From NCBI GenBank assembly GCA_045600445.1, contig JAZRXZ010000182.1:1659-65658 (forward strand): a DNA stretch of 64,000 nt. The letters run 5' to 3'. Positions 47,133-56,730 of the stretch are shown piece by piece (position 1 is the stretch's first letter; every line of letters begins with the position of its first letter). The position numbers and the translations under genes were made by a program. The notes under the pieces are model-generated. The model was not told the DNA's origin and ran no database searches. It saw only the letters and a program-made list of their open reading frames with translations. This stretch comes from Bacteroidales bacterium (lineage in GTDB: Bacteria; Bacteroidota; Bacteroidia; Bacteroidales; UBA3663).

Positions 47133-47894
47133 TTACTGCTCACGCCAGACCATAGGACCGCTGGCCTGATGGGTAGCAAGGATCAGGACTTCAGCGATTT
47201 GCACATGATCAGGAGCAGAGGCTGCGAAGTAAGCGGTGTCGGCGATGTCCTCGCCAGTGAGTGGCTTGATGCCGGTGTAGAGCTTCTTGGCAGCAGCCGT
47301 GTCGCCATGCAGACGGATGTTTGAGAAGTTGGTCTCAACGAGACCTGGCTTGAGGTTAGTCACGCGGATCGGTGTCTGATAGAGATCCATGCGGAGGCCA
47401 TCGCTCAAAGCCTTGACAGCAGCCTTGGTGGCACAATAGGTGCTGCCGCCAGGATATGCAGCGTCGCCAGCGACCGAGCCGATATTGATGATATGACCAG
47501 CGTTGCGCTTCACCATGCCAGGAACGACGAGGCGGGTGATCATCAGGAGGGCCTTCACGTTGGTGTCGATCATGGTGAAGCACTCATCGAGGTCACACTC
47601 ATGCTCCTTGTCGACGCCAAGAGCCAAGCCTGCGTTATTGATCAGGATATCAATGGTCTGCCACTCGACTGGAAGGTTGGTCAGCACCTGGGTAGCGGTC
47701 TCACGGTCACGGACATCGAATGGGAGGAGCAGTACCTCGGTACCATACTTGGTTTCGAGCTCCAGCTTGAGCGCTTCGAGCTTATCGGTGCTACGAGCGT
47801 TGAGGATCATTCGGCAACCATTAGCTGCAAACTTACGAGCACAGGCCTGGCCGATACCAGAAGAGGCGCCTGTGACAAAAACGGTCTTATTCAT
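47133..47894 (-). CDS. SDR family NADP-dependent oxidoreductase (YdfG-like)
   Basis: TGASSGIG, NNAG, YCATK and PGLVETNF. Confidence 0.92.
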   Translation of the reverse strand: MNKTVFVTGASSGIGQACARKFAANGCRMILNARSTDKLEALKLELETKYGTEVLLLPFDVRDRETATQVLTNLPVEWQTIDILINNAGLALGVDKEHECDLDECFTMIDTNVKALLMITRLVVPGMVKRNAGHIINIGSVAGDAAYPGGSTYCATKAAVKALSDGLRMDLYQTPIRVTNLKPGLVETNFSNIRLHGDTAAAKKLYTGIKPLTGEDIADTAYFAASAPDHVQIAEVLILATHQASGPMVWREQ

Positions 47895-47928
47895 TTCTTT
47901 GGTTTTTAATTGGTTCTATTATCAGCGG

Positions 47929-48018
47929 CAAAGATACGGATTTTTTCTGAGACGACGACATAAAAAGTGTATTTTTTGACACAAAATTTGGCAATGTGGA
48001 TTATAAGACGTATCTTTG
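47929..48018. promoter_or_regulatory. Divergent promoters (SDR on minus, GH2 on plus)
   Basis: caaagata at 47929-47936; TTTG at 47987-47990 followed by TAtcTTTG at 48011-48018 (20-bp spacer). Confidence 0.6.
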
Positions 48019-48080
48019 CACGGAAAAATGTCCTTATTGCAAGGGCAAAAAGCAAGATAGACAAACAAATACCTATTTTC

Positions 48081-50717
48081 ATGAATAAGTTTACTATATC
48101 CACACTCCTCTTTTCGGCACTTGCATGCCTACAGGTAAATGCACAGAGCCAGCAGATCCTATTGCTCTCAGGTTGGCGTTTCCAGAATGGTGCTAACGCC
48201 GGTGCCGAAGCCTCTACATTTGATGATTCACGCTGGCAGCAGGTCACCATACCGCATGACTGGGCCATCGCAGGTCCTTTTGACAAAGATATCGACAAGC
48301 AGGTCGTACGCATTGAGCAGAATGGAGAGAAGGAAGCTACCGAGAAGACCGGACGCTCAGGTTCTCTGCCATGGATCGGCGAGGGATGGTATCGCACGCA
48401 GTTTGAAATCCCTGAGGGTTACTCGATTGCAGAGCTGGTATTCGATGGTGCGATGTCCGAGCCACGTGTCTATGTGGACGGTCAGGAGGTCGGCTACTGG
48501 GCCTACGGATATAATACTTTTAAATTAGATATCACCAACTTCCTGCCACGCAACCGCTCGATGGAAGGCGGCCTCCTGCCTGGCACACATACGTTGGCCG
48601 TGCATCTGCAGAACGTAGAGGAGTCATCGCGCTGGTATCCTGGCGCGGGTATCTACCGTCCTGTCTCGCTGCTGCTGCATCAGCGCAAGTACCTCGAGAC
48701 CTGGGGAACCTTTGCTCGTACAACCATGGTGAAAGGTGTCAATGCCGACGCTTCCCAGGCAGAAGAGGCTCGTGTCTATATCACCACCAAAGCGGAGGTT
48801 GATAAGCACGACGGAATGCAGATCGTCCATACGCTCCTCGACGCTGCAGGCAAAAAGGTAGCAGAGAGCTCAGGTTGGGTCAATAGTTCACACGAGACCG
48901 CGCAGATCCTCTCTGTCAAGGACGCGCAGCTCTGGAGTCCTGAGCAGCCGACGCTCTATACGCTTGTTACTGAGCTTCGTGAGGGGGATAAGGTCTGGGA
49001 TCGACAGGAAACCAAGACGGGTCTCCGCAGCATCGAATATACCGCTGAAGGATTCAAACTCAACGGACAGGTACGCAAATTCAAGGGCGTCTGTCTGCAC
49101 CACGACCTCGGTCCTCTCGGTGCAGCATTCAACAAGGCGGCTTTCCGTCGTCAGGTCCGACTCCTCAAGGAGATCGGTTGCGACGCGCTCCGTACCTCTC
49201 ATAATATGCCAGAGCCTTGGCAGATGGATATCTGTGACGAAATGGGTATGCTCGTGATGGCGGAGTCGAACGATATGTGGGTTTCGGCTAAGTGCAAGAA
49301 TGGCTACTCTCGCTTTTTTGAGGAGATTGAAGACAAGGCTTTCAACCGCGACGGCAAGGCCTGGTGGGAGCGCGACTTCACCAACCTCGTCCTCGTGCAT
49401 CGCAACCATCCAAGTATTGTGATGTGGAGCATCGGCAACGAGATTCCTGATCAGGGAAGCGCTGTCGGTCTCAAGTATACGCGTCAGATTCAGAAGCTGA
49501 TTCATGAACTCGACGGCACTCGTCCTTGCACTCAGGGTATGGATCAGGGCGAAGCTCCGATGTGGAGCGGTGTCTTCCAGGAGATTGACATCCCTGGCTT
49601 CAACTACCGCTTGCATGTCTATGAGAAGGGTCTGGAGATGGCTCCAAAGGGATTTGTACTTGGTTCGGAGACCGCGTCGACCATCTCTTCGCGTGGTGTC
49701 TATAAGTTCCCTGTCGAGGAGGTTCATGGCGTGGCTTACGACGATGGACAGATCTCAAGCTACGACCTCGAGTCTTGTATCTGGAGCAACCTGCCAGACG
49801 ATGACTGGATGTGGCAGGATAAAAAGCCTTGGGTCATCGGAGAATTTGTCTGGACAGGCTTCGACTACCTCGGCGAGCCAACTCCTTACGACGAGTACTG
49901 GCCATCGCGCAGCAGCTACTTCGGCATCTATGACCTCGCAGGTCTGCCAAAGGATCGCGCCTTCCTTTATCGCACACACTGGGCTCCAGAGAAGGAGACA
50001 TTGCACCTCCTGCCTCACTGGAACTGGAAGGGTCGCGAGGGAGAGGTGACTCCAGTCTTCTGCTATACCAACTATCCTGAGGCCGAGCTCTTCGTCAATG
50101 GCAAGAGCCAGGGCCGCATCAAGAAGTGTGACGTCTCGATGGAGGATTACCTCGCTGAACGCCACGCTGAGCCTATGCCATGGGGTGGCGAGGTGATGTT
50201 TGCCAATGGCGATGCGCCACGCGGCAAGAACCGTCTCGATCGCTATCGTCTGCGCTGGATGGACGTCAAGTACGAGCCAGGAGAGCTCAAGGTCGTTGCT
50301 TATGACGCCAACGGCAACAAGGCAGCAGAGGAAGTCATCCGCACGGCAGGCAAGCCTCATCACATTGAGCTCGTGGCTGATCGCAGCCAGCTCTGCTCCA
50401 CCCCTACCGATACTAACGGCAATTTGCTCGACTCTCCAGACCTCAGCTTTGTTACTGCACGCGTAGTAGATAAGGATGGTAATCTCTGTCCAGATGCTAA
50501 CCAGCAGCTCCGCTTCTCAGTCAAGGGCGCCGGCACCTTCAAGGCTGCTTGTAATGGCGACGCTACTTCTGTCGAGGTCTTTACGCAGCCAACCATGAAG
50601 GCTTTCCATGGCGAGCTCGTCGTCATCGTCGAGGCTGGCACTACCGCTGGCAATGCCACGCTGACCGTCACTGGCAATGGATTGAAGCCAGCAAAGATAA
50701 ATCTCAACATACAATAA
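48081..50717 (+). CDS. GH2 glycoside hydrolase (beta-galactosidase-like)
   Basis: PHDWAI, SRWYPGAGIYR, KGVCLHHDLG, RTSHN, WSIGNE, SET and WTGFDYLGEP. The start at 48081 (MNKFTIST, signal peptide) is preferred over 47967. Confidence 0.92.
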   Translation: MNKFTISTLLFSALACLQVNAQSQQILLLSGWRFQNGANAGAEASTFDDSRWQQVTIPHDWAIAGPFDKDIDKQVVRIEQNGEKEATEKTGRSGSLPWIGEGWYRTQFEIPEGYSIAELVFDGAMSEPRVYVDGQEVGYWAYGYNTFKLDITNFLPRNRSMEGGLLPGTHTLAVHLQNVEESSRWYPGAGIYRPVSLLLHQRKYLETWGTFARTTMVKGVNADASQAEEARVYITTKAEVDKHDGMQIVHTLLDAAGKKVAESSGWVNSSHETAQILSVKDAQLWSPEQPTLYTLVTELREGDKVWDRQETKTGLRSIEYTAEGFKLNGQVRKFKGVCLHHDLGPLGAAFNKAAFRRQVRLLKEIGCDALRTSHNMPEPWQMDICDEMGMLVMAESNDMWVSAKCKNGYSRFFEEIEDKAFNRDGKAWWERDFTNLVLVHRNHPSIVMWSIGNEIPDQGSAVGLKYTRQIQKLIHELDGTRPCTQGMDQGEAPMWSGVFQEIDIPGFNYRLHVYEKGLEMAPKGFVLGSETASTISSRGVYKFPVEEVHGVAYDDGQISSYDLESCIWSNLPDDDWMWQDKKPWVIGEFVWTGFDYLGEPTPYDEYWPSRSSYFGIYDLAGLPKDRAFLYRTHWAPEKETLHLLPHWNWKGREGEVTPVFCYTNYPEAELFVNGKSQGRIKKCDVSMEDYLAERHAEPMPWGGEVMFANGDAPRGKNRLDRYRLRWMDVKYEPGELKVVAYDANGNKAAEEVIRTAGKPHHIELVADRSQLCSTPTDTNGNLLDSPDLSFVTARVVDKDGNLCPDANQQLRFSVKGAGTFKAACNGDATSVEVFTQPTMKAFHGELVVIVEAGTTAGNATLTVTGNGLKPAKINLNIQ

Positions 50718-50751
50718 TATTGAGAACAAAAGAAACTACTTTCCCCTTAAA

Positions 50752-51663
50752 ATGAACAACAATCTCGGCTGGCACGCGCTGGCACTCCTTGTGGCCTGTA
50801 TTTGGGGTAGCACCTTTGTAGCCAGCAAAATACTGCTGATGGCAGGGCTTACCCCAGCGCAGATCATGACCTTCCGTTTCCTGATCGCCTGGCTGCTGAT
50901 GCTACCCTGGTGCCACAAGCGACTGAAAACAAATATAAAAGATGAGCTGTGGTTTATGTCGTTAGGCCTCAGCGGCGGTTCGTTCTACTTTCTTGCTGAG
51001 AATACAGCTGTGCAGCTCACCTCGGCCACCAGTACCGTAGCACTACTCGTCTGCACCACCCCTATCCTAACGGCGCTGATCAATCGCATGGTCCATCGCT
51101 CAGAGCATCTCTCTTCACGCTTCCTGATAGGATCGATGGTGGCGCTGGTCGGTGTGTCGCTGGTAGTGTTCAATGGCGTGTTCGTCCTCGATGACGATCC
51201 GTTGGTCATCATCCTCAGTATCGCAGCGTCACTGACCTGGGCGATTTATTGCCTTATCATCCGCAAGCTCGACAAACGCTACTCATCGGCCGTCATCACT
51301 CGTAAGGTCTTCTTCTGGGGAGTCATCACCATGCTGCCAGTCGTCTTCTGTGAGGATCTCGACTTCCACATCTTGGCCGACCCTACCGTCATTGGCACCA
51401 CCTGCTTCCTGGCCATCGTAGCCAGCTTAGGGTGCTTCTTGGCTTGGAACATCGTACTGAAGCGTCTGGGAGTCGTCGTCACGGGCAATTATCTCTACTT
51501 TAATCCCGTCACCTCGCTCATCGCTGCTTATCTGGTACTCGACGAGCACATCACGGTATTGGCTATCATCGGATGCATCCTGACCATCGCCGGTGTATAT
51601 CTGTGCAACAAAAAGAAAAAAGGACCATCATCCCGACGCCCCCTTTCTCGTGTTTTATTCTAA
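50752..51663 (+). CDS. DMT/EamA family transporter
   Basis: IWGSTFV..K.LL, RF, YFLAENTA and YLYFNP; about 10 TM segments. Confidence 0.88.
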   Translation: MNNNLGWHALALLVACIWGSTFVASKILLMAGLTPAQIMTFRFLIAWLLMLPWCHKRLKTNIKDELWFMSLGLSGGSFYFLAENTAVQLTSATSTVALLVCTTPILTALINRMVHRSEHLSSRFLIGSMVALVGVSLVVFNGVFVLDDDPLVIILSIAASLTWAIYCLIIRKLDKRYSSAVITRKVFFWGVITMLPVVFCEDLDFHILADPTVIGTTCFLAIVASLGCFLAWNIVLKRLGVVVTGNYLYFNPVTSLIAAYLVLDEHITVLAIIGCILTIAGVYLCNKKKKGPSSRRPLSRVLF

Positions 51664-51688
51664 GATATAGTAGTTATGTTTGTTTTAC
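51607..51688 (-). ncRNA. Candidate ~80-nt sRNA antisense to the EamA gene 3' end
   Basis: Minus-strand TAtaTTTG at 51694-51701, no ORF, and a GC-rich imperfect hairpin followed by a long U tract. Confidence 0.35.
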
Positions 51689-51843
51689 TGGTGCAAATAT
51701 AACTACATTCTTTGAATAATAGCACAAACAAGGGTGAAAAATTTCAAAAAAAGGGCTTTTTTTGATTGTGCAATCGGTTTTTGTGTTTTTAAACATATAA
51801 AAAAATTTGTTTAGGACAAAAAATACCTCTATCTTTGCACCAC

Positions 51844-52026
51844 CTTAAAAAATTAAGAATAACCATAACACAATACCTTAAATAACGCAACCTGAAAGAC
51901 CTGAATATCTAATACAAGCCTCACAAAGGCACATGTGACACACTAAAAAAGAAGTTCATTTTTCCTCAGGAACGCAACCCTGAGGGGGGAAAGTAAAAAG
52001 GGCGGATCGAGAGATCCCCCCTTTTT
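51844..52026 (+). ncRNA. Candidate ~180-nt orphan sRNA
   Basis: Canonical TTTG(51806)-20 bp-TAtcTTTG(51830) promoter; no ORF (the only ATG is followed by TGA); internal hairpin cctcagg/cctgagg; ends at a terminator. Confidence 0.45.
51995..52026. terminator. Bidirectional terminator
   Basis: aaaaagggcggatc-gaga-gatccccccttttt, just beyond the MATE stop codon. Confidence 0.8.
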
Positions 52027-52029
52027 GTT

Positions 52030-53397
52030 TTAACTCTTAACTTTATCCCATGAACTTCCCTTGAGCCTCCACAAGAAGATCGCTCCTCGGAAACAGAGCT
52101 CGATGGCCATAGCAATCCACACACCCTTGAGACCCATCGTGCCAGCCATCAGCGCTGCCAGCGTGATACGTACGGCCCAGATAGAAGCGAGATTCATCGT
52201 GCAAGGAATCTTAGTATCACCCGCGCCGACAAAGACTCCATAGCAGACAATGGCTGCGGCAAAGCCTGGTTCGGCCCAAGCCTCGATACGGAGCACATCG
52301 GTTGTGAGCTGCTGCACCAGCGCATCGGGAGACATCAACTGCATCACCCATGGTGCTGTGACATACATCACCACCGCCATCAGCGTCATCACTCCCACGC
52401 CTGCTGCCACGGTGATATAGGCAAAGCGTCGAGCCAAGAACTTACGCTTAGCTCCTAAACTCTGACCTACCAGCGTCGTAGCAGCATCAGCCATGCCATA
52501 ACCAGGCATGTAGCAGAGGCTTTCGACAATGATACCGAAGCCATTGGCCGCCAGTGCCACCGTACCTAACGGAGCAACAATGATGGTGCTAGCGATCTGC
52601 GCTCCACACATGATGACGTGCTCAATACCCATCGGTCCTGCGATGTTAAGACACCAGCGGAGCGTGACCTTGTCTGGTCGGAAACTGCGCTTGCCGTCCT
52701 GTCGGAGATTCATTTCAGGCGAACAGACCGCCGCGTACCACATCGTCAAAGACGTGGTTACGATCTGCGCAGCCACCGTTCCTAACGCGGCTCCGAGTAC
52801 TCCCATTCCCAACTGGAAGATCAGAATATAGTTGAATACGACATCGAGCAGACACGTCAGCGCCTGCATCATGGCAGGGATCTTGACATTGCCCGAACAA
52901 CGCAACACGCCTGCCGACAAAGACATCATCTGATGCAATGGCAGCGTGAGGCAGAAGATGGCGAAGTAGAGCGTCGAGTTGTGGCAGATCTCCGGATCGC
53001 CTCCCAGCCAGATCGGGAGCCAAGGCGAGATACAGACACCTAACACCATCAGCAGCGAACTGAATGCCAACGAAGTGGTGATACCTTGACGATAGACGTC
53101 TCTCGCTCCCGGGAAATCATTGCCACCGACATGGTGCGCCACCTGCACATAAAAGCCCGTCGACACGGAGTGCGACAAGCCTCCCAACAGCCACAAAGAC
53201 GTCGAAACCAACGCAATAGACGCCGACGCCGTGGCTCCCATCGAACCCACCATAGCCGCATCGATATACTCCATCGCGATGGTGGAGAGCTGCGAGAGCA
53301 TGGCAGGGAACGACAGCAGCGCGGCCAGCTTGAACTGGTCACGCGTAGAGAGATGTTTGCCGTTGCGTATCAGCGCGAGGAGTTCGTCCTTGGTCAT
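52030..53397 (-). CDS. MATE family efflux transporter
   Basis: About 12 TM segments; D..MVG..G..A.A, LR..G..K.P, DVVFNYILIF..GV.GAA and LVGQSLGA. Confidence 0.92.
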   Translation of the reverse strand: MTKDELLALIRNGKHLSTRDQFKLAALLSFPAMLSQLSTIAMEYIDAAMVGSMGATASASIALVSTSLWLLGGLSHSVSTGFYVQVAHHVGGNDFPGARDVYRQGITTSLAFSSLLMVLGVCISPWLPIWLGGDPEICHNSTLYFAIFCLTLPLHQMMSLSAGVLRCSGNVKIPAMMQALTCLLDVVFNYILIFQLGMGVLGAALGTVAAQIVTTSLTMWYAAVCSPEMNLRQDGKRSFRPDKVTLRWCLNIAGPMGIEHVIMCGAQIASTIIVAPLGTVALAANGFGIIVESLCYMPGYGMADAATTLVGQSLGAKRKFLARRFAYITVAAGVGVMTLMAVVMYVTAPWVMQLMSPDALVQQLTTDVLRIEAWAEPGFAAAIVCYGVFVGAGDTKIPCTMNLASIWAVRITLAALMAGTMGLKGVWIAMAIELCFRGAIFLWRLKGSSWDKVKS

Positions 53398-54584
53398 TGA
53401 TTCTCTTTGATCCAGTTGACAAAGCGCTGCAAAGCCTCAGCGAGTGTAGCACGGCTGGTAGCCAGATTGATGCGCAAGTGATTCTCGCCAGCCTTGCCAT
53501 AGATGGTTCCTTCTGTGAACCAGATCTTAGCTTCCTGCTGCAGTCGATGGCTGAGTTCCTCGCTCGTCAGACCTGGCAGCACGTCGCTATAATTTACCCA
53601 CATCAAGTAAGTGGCCTGTAGGTCGGCGATCTTCAAAGCCGGCACCTCCTTATTTAAATAATCACGCGCGAAAGCGTAGTTGCTCCACACATACTGGCAG
53701 AGCTCCTCCAGCCAAGGCAAACCTTCGTCGTATGCTGCCATGATGGCTTCCACACCGAAAGGATTGACGTCGCAGGTCTCATTGATATTGATGGCACGGT
53801 CGATCTTTCTGCGCAAGTTAGTTTCTGGCACGATGATGTTGGCATTCTGCAAGCCAGCGATGTTGAACGCCTTGCTTGGCGAGGTGCAGATGCAGTAGCG
53901 GAGGCCTTCCAAACCTGCTTCCTTGTCCGATGCCACAGCGCCGAATGGCACATAGAGCGTACCCGGTGTCGTGAGCTCGTTGTGAATCTCGTCGCTGATG
54001 AGCAAAATACCATGCTTCTGGCAGAGCTGACCTACGCGGATCAGTTCCTCGCGGTTCCAGATACGACCTGCTGGATTCTGTGGATTACAGAACAGCAGCA
54101 CCGTGGTCTTGACATGCGAGAGAGCGGTCTCAAGCGCCTCCCAGTCGATGTCGTAGGTCATCATCTGACCCTCTGTAGTTTCTATCAATGGCACGTCAAT
54201 CTCGCGGCAACCCGCATTGCGGATCAATGTATAGAACGCGTTGTATACAGGCGATAGCACCACCACGTTATCTCCCACCTGGCACTCCGCCTTGAGGATA
54301 GCAGCGATGGCAGGGATGACACCGATGGTATAAAGAATCTCCTCAGCCTTGATGCGCCACTGATGGCGCTGCCAAAACCAACGGACGATCGACTGATAGT
54401 AGTCAGCCGGCACGAGCGTATAGCCATAGCATGGATGCATGGCACGCTTCATCACCGCTTGCTGCACACAGGGGGCCGTCGCAAAGTCCATATCAGCCAC
54501 CCACAATGGCAGCACGTCTGGCATCTCGTCCCACTTCACGCTGCGGGTATTGCGGCGGTCGGGAGTATGATCGAAATCGAACAT
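53394..54584 (-). CDS. MalY/PatB family PLP-dependent C-S lyase (cystathionine beta-lyase)
   Basis: KWD, PLWVADMDF, CNPQNP.G, SDEIH, SPSKAFN and ATYLMW. Confidence 0.92.
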   Translation of the reverse strand: MFDFDHTPDRRNTRSVKWDEMPDVLPLWVADMDFATAPCVQQAVMKRAMHPCYGYTLVPADYYQSIVRWFWQRHQWRIKAEEILYTIGVIPAIAAILKAECQVGDNVVVLSPVYNAFYTLIRNAGCREIDVPLIETTEGQMMTYDIDWEALETALSHVKTTVLLFCNPQNPAGRIWNREELIRVGQLCQKHGILLISDEIHNELTTPGTLYVPFGAVASDKEAGLEGLRYCICTSPSKAFNIAGLQNANIIVPETNLRRKIDRAININETCDVNPFGVEAIMAAYDEGLPWLEELCQYVWSNYAFARDYLNKEVPALKIADLQATYLMWVNYSDVLPGLTSEELSHRLQQEAKIWFTEGTIYGKAGENHLRINLATSRATLAEALQRFVNWIKENQ

Positions 54585-54608
54585 TTGATGTTAATTACGA
54601 ATTACGGA

Positions 54609-55460
54609 TTACAAATTACTGGCCTCAACGATGGCGTTGGCTGGCGCTTTCTGATTCTCGTCGATGATCAACTCTCCGACCTTACCCTCCACCTTGATAG
54701 TTCCTGAGGTAGGGTTCTTGATCGAAACCACGTCACCCTTGATCGTCGCATTGACCTTTGAATACTCAAACATCAGATTAGCATCTTCGCCAAACGTACA
54801 GTCCTCCAGAATGAGACCATCCACATAGCAGAGCAACTGCTCGCCAGTCAAGTGGCAGCGCACCAGACGGATGTTCTTGCCATACCACGCCAGGTACTCG
54901 CCATTGAGCTCCGAGTCATAGATCGTCACGTTCTCGCTCTCCCAAAAAGCATCCTTCGAGTTAATCACAGCGTTGTGAATCTCTACGTTCTTAGCATACT
55001 GGAATGAGTAGTTTCCGTCCTGGCGATAGTCATCGATGCGAATGTTCTCCGAGTGCATGAAGAGATAATCCGCCTTGGCAATCTCCACATTCTTCAGCTT
55101 GATATCGCTACAATCCCAAAATGTCTCCAGCGCATTTGGGAACTTACAGTTCTCCACCTCGATACCCGTCATCCTACGGAACATCTTAGGCGCATCGACC
55201 TGACAATTAGTCATCTTCAGGTCCTTGCTATACCAAAGGCTGCTTCGTGCGCTCTCGGCAAAATAACTGTTGTTGACCTTAAAACCGTATGTTTCCCAAA
55301 ACACGTACTTCCCTTCAAAACGGCAATTTTCTGCCTCAATGTTCTTCGATTCTTTGATCGATGACTCACCCACGTGGATAGTCACCTCTTCAAGACGCAA
55401 ATCGCGGGAAGCGTAAAGGGGACGCTCCCCGCCAAATTCTTGGTTTTTGATTATTTGCAT
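54609..55460 (-). CDS. DUF3737-like beta-helix protein
   Basis: FGGERPL, GES.IKE, DAPKMFR, SKDAFW and GEYLAW; directly upstream of the PatB-like gene. Confidence 0.8.
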   Translation of the reverse strand: MQIIKNQEFGGERPLYASRDLRLEEVTIHVGESSIKESKNIEAENCRFEGKYVFWETYGFKVNNSYFAESARSSLWYSKDLKMTNCQVDAPKMFRRMTGIEVENCKFPNALETFWDCSDIKLKNVEIAKADYLFMHSENIRIDDYRQDGNYSFQYAKNVEIHNAVINSKDAFWESENVTIYDSELNGEYLAWYGKNIRLVRCHLTGEQLLCYVDGLILEDCTFGEDANLMFEYSKVNATIKGDVVSIKNPTSGTIKVEGKVGELIIDENQKAPANAIVEASNL

Positions 55461-55478
55461 GATTCTATTTTGAGTTAT

Positions 55479-56690
55479 TCACGATTCTCCAAGTATCGTG
55501 AAACCATTTTCCGAGAGTACGCGACAGATCTCATTGATATGTTCCTGATCGCGTGTTTCCATCGAGATACGCAACACGCATGAGTTGACATTGATAAACG
55601 CGTTGGTACGCTCGTGCAGGACGCCTGTGACGTTTGCACCCAGGTTGGCAATCAGTTGGCTGACCAAGGTCAACTGACCCGGACGGTCAGCAATCTCCAG
55701 CGACAAGGTACAGAGACGACCACCCTTCTGCAGACCTCGGTTGATGATACGGTTGAGCATCGTCACGTCGATGTTACCACCGCTCACCACACAGACAGTC
55801 TTCTTGCCTTCGAGCGGCAAGCCTGCAAACATAGCAGCAGCCACAGATACGGAACCAGCGCCCTCGGCAATCATCTTATGCTTCTCGAGCAGATGCAGAA
55901 TAGCTGCACAGACCTCATCATCGCTCACCGTCACAATGCCATCGACATACTTCTGGCAGAGGCTGAAGGTCAACTCACCTGGCTCCTTCACCGCAATACC
56001 ATCAGCGATGGTGCTGACGCTATAGAGTCGCTCAATCTGACCATGAGCGAGGCTCTGCTGCATACTTGGAGCACCGGCTCCCTGCACGCCCCAGACCTTG
56101 ATATTAGGATTGAGCTGCTTGGCAGCGTATGCAATACCGCTGATCAAACCGCCACCTCCGACAGGGACGATGATGTTATCGACATCCGAGAGTTCGTTGA
56201 GAATCTCAAGAGCGATGGTTCCCTGACCGGCAATGACCTTTGCATTATCGAAAGGATGCACGAAAGTCATGCCACGCTCGTCGCGCAACTTCAGCGCATG
56301 AGCATAAGCGTCGTCATACACTCCTGGCACCAGACAGATCTCAGCGCCATAGCTGCGCGTCGCCTCTACCTTACTGATAGGAGCTCCCGCAGGCAGGCAG
56401 ATACAGCTCTTGATACCATACTTTTGTGCCGACAGAGCCACACCCTGCGCATGGTTTCCAGCCGAACAGGCAATCACACCGCGCTCCTTCTCCTCATCGC
56501 TCAACTGTGAGATCATGTAGCTGGCGCCACGCACCTTAAACGAACCCGTTACCTGCAGGTTCTCTGGCTTGATATAGATCTCGCAACCCGGTTTGATGGT
56601 GGGAGCCACCACCAAAGGGGTTTCGCGAATGATATTCTTAAGGACAAACTGAGCGCGATAGATTTCCTGAATCGTCAGTTCATTCTCCAT
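55479..56690 (-). CDS. ilvA: Threonine ammonia-lyase with C-terminal ACT domain
   Basis: K.ENLQ.TGSFK.RGA, SAGNHAQG, PVGGGGL, SGGNID and DRPGQL. Confidence 0.94.
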   Translation of the reverse strand: MENELTIQEIYRAQFVLKNIIRETPLVVAPTIKPGCEIYIKPENLQVTGSFKVRGASYMISQLSDEEKERGVIACSAGNHAQGVALSAQKYGIKSCICLPAGAPISKVEATRSYGAEICLVPGVYDDAYAHALKLRDERGMTFVHPFDNAKVIAGQGTIALEILNELSDVDNIIVPVGGGGLISGIAYAAKQLNPNIKVWGVQGAGAPSMQQSLAHGQIERLYSVSTIADGIAVKEPGELTFSLCQKYVDGIVTVSDDEVCAAILHLLEKHKMIAEGAGSVSVAAAMFAGLPLEGKKTVCVVSGGNIDVTMLNRIINRGLQKGGRLCTLSLEIADRPGQLTLVSQLIANLGANVTGVLHERTNAFINVNSCVLRISMETRDQEHINEICRVLSENGFTILGES

Positions 56691-56730
56691 CTCTTTCTGA
56701 TTAAGAAATAGTGAAAACCTTCACCTGAGA

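Noticed and set aside
53394-54584. PLP enzyme as the DndA cysteine desulfurase of the Dnd-like cluster
   Set aside because: Its motifs are MalY/PatB class, not IscS/NifS class V, and it lies in a separate housekeeping operon.
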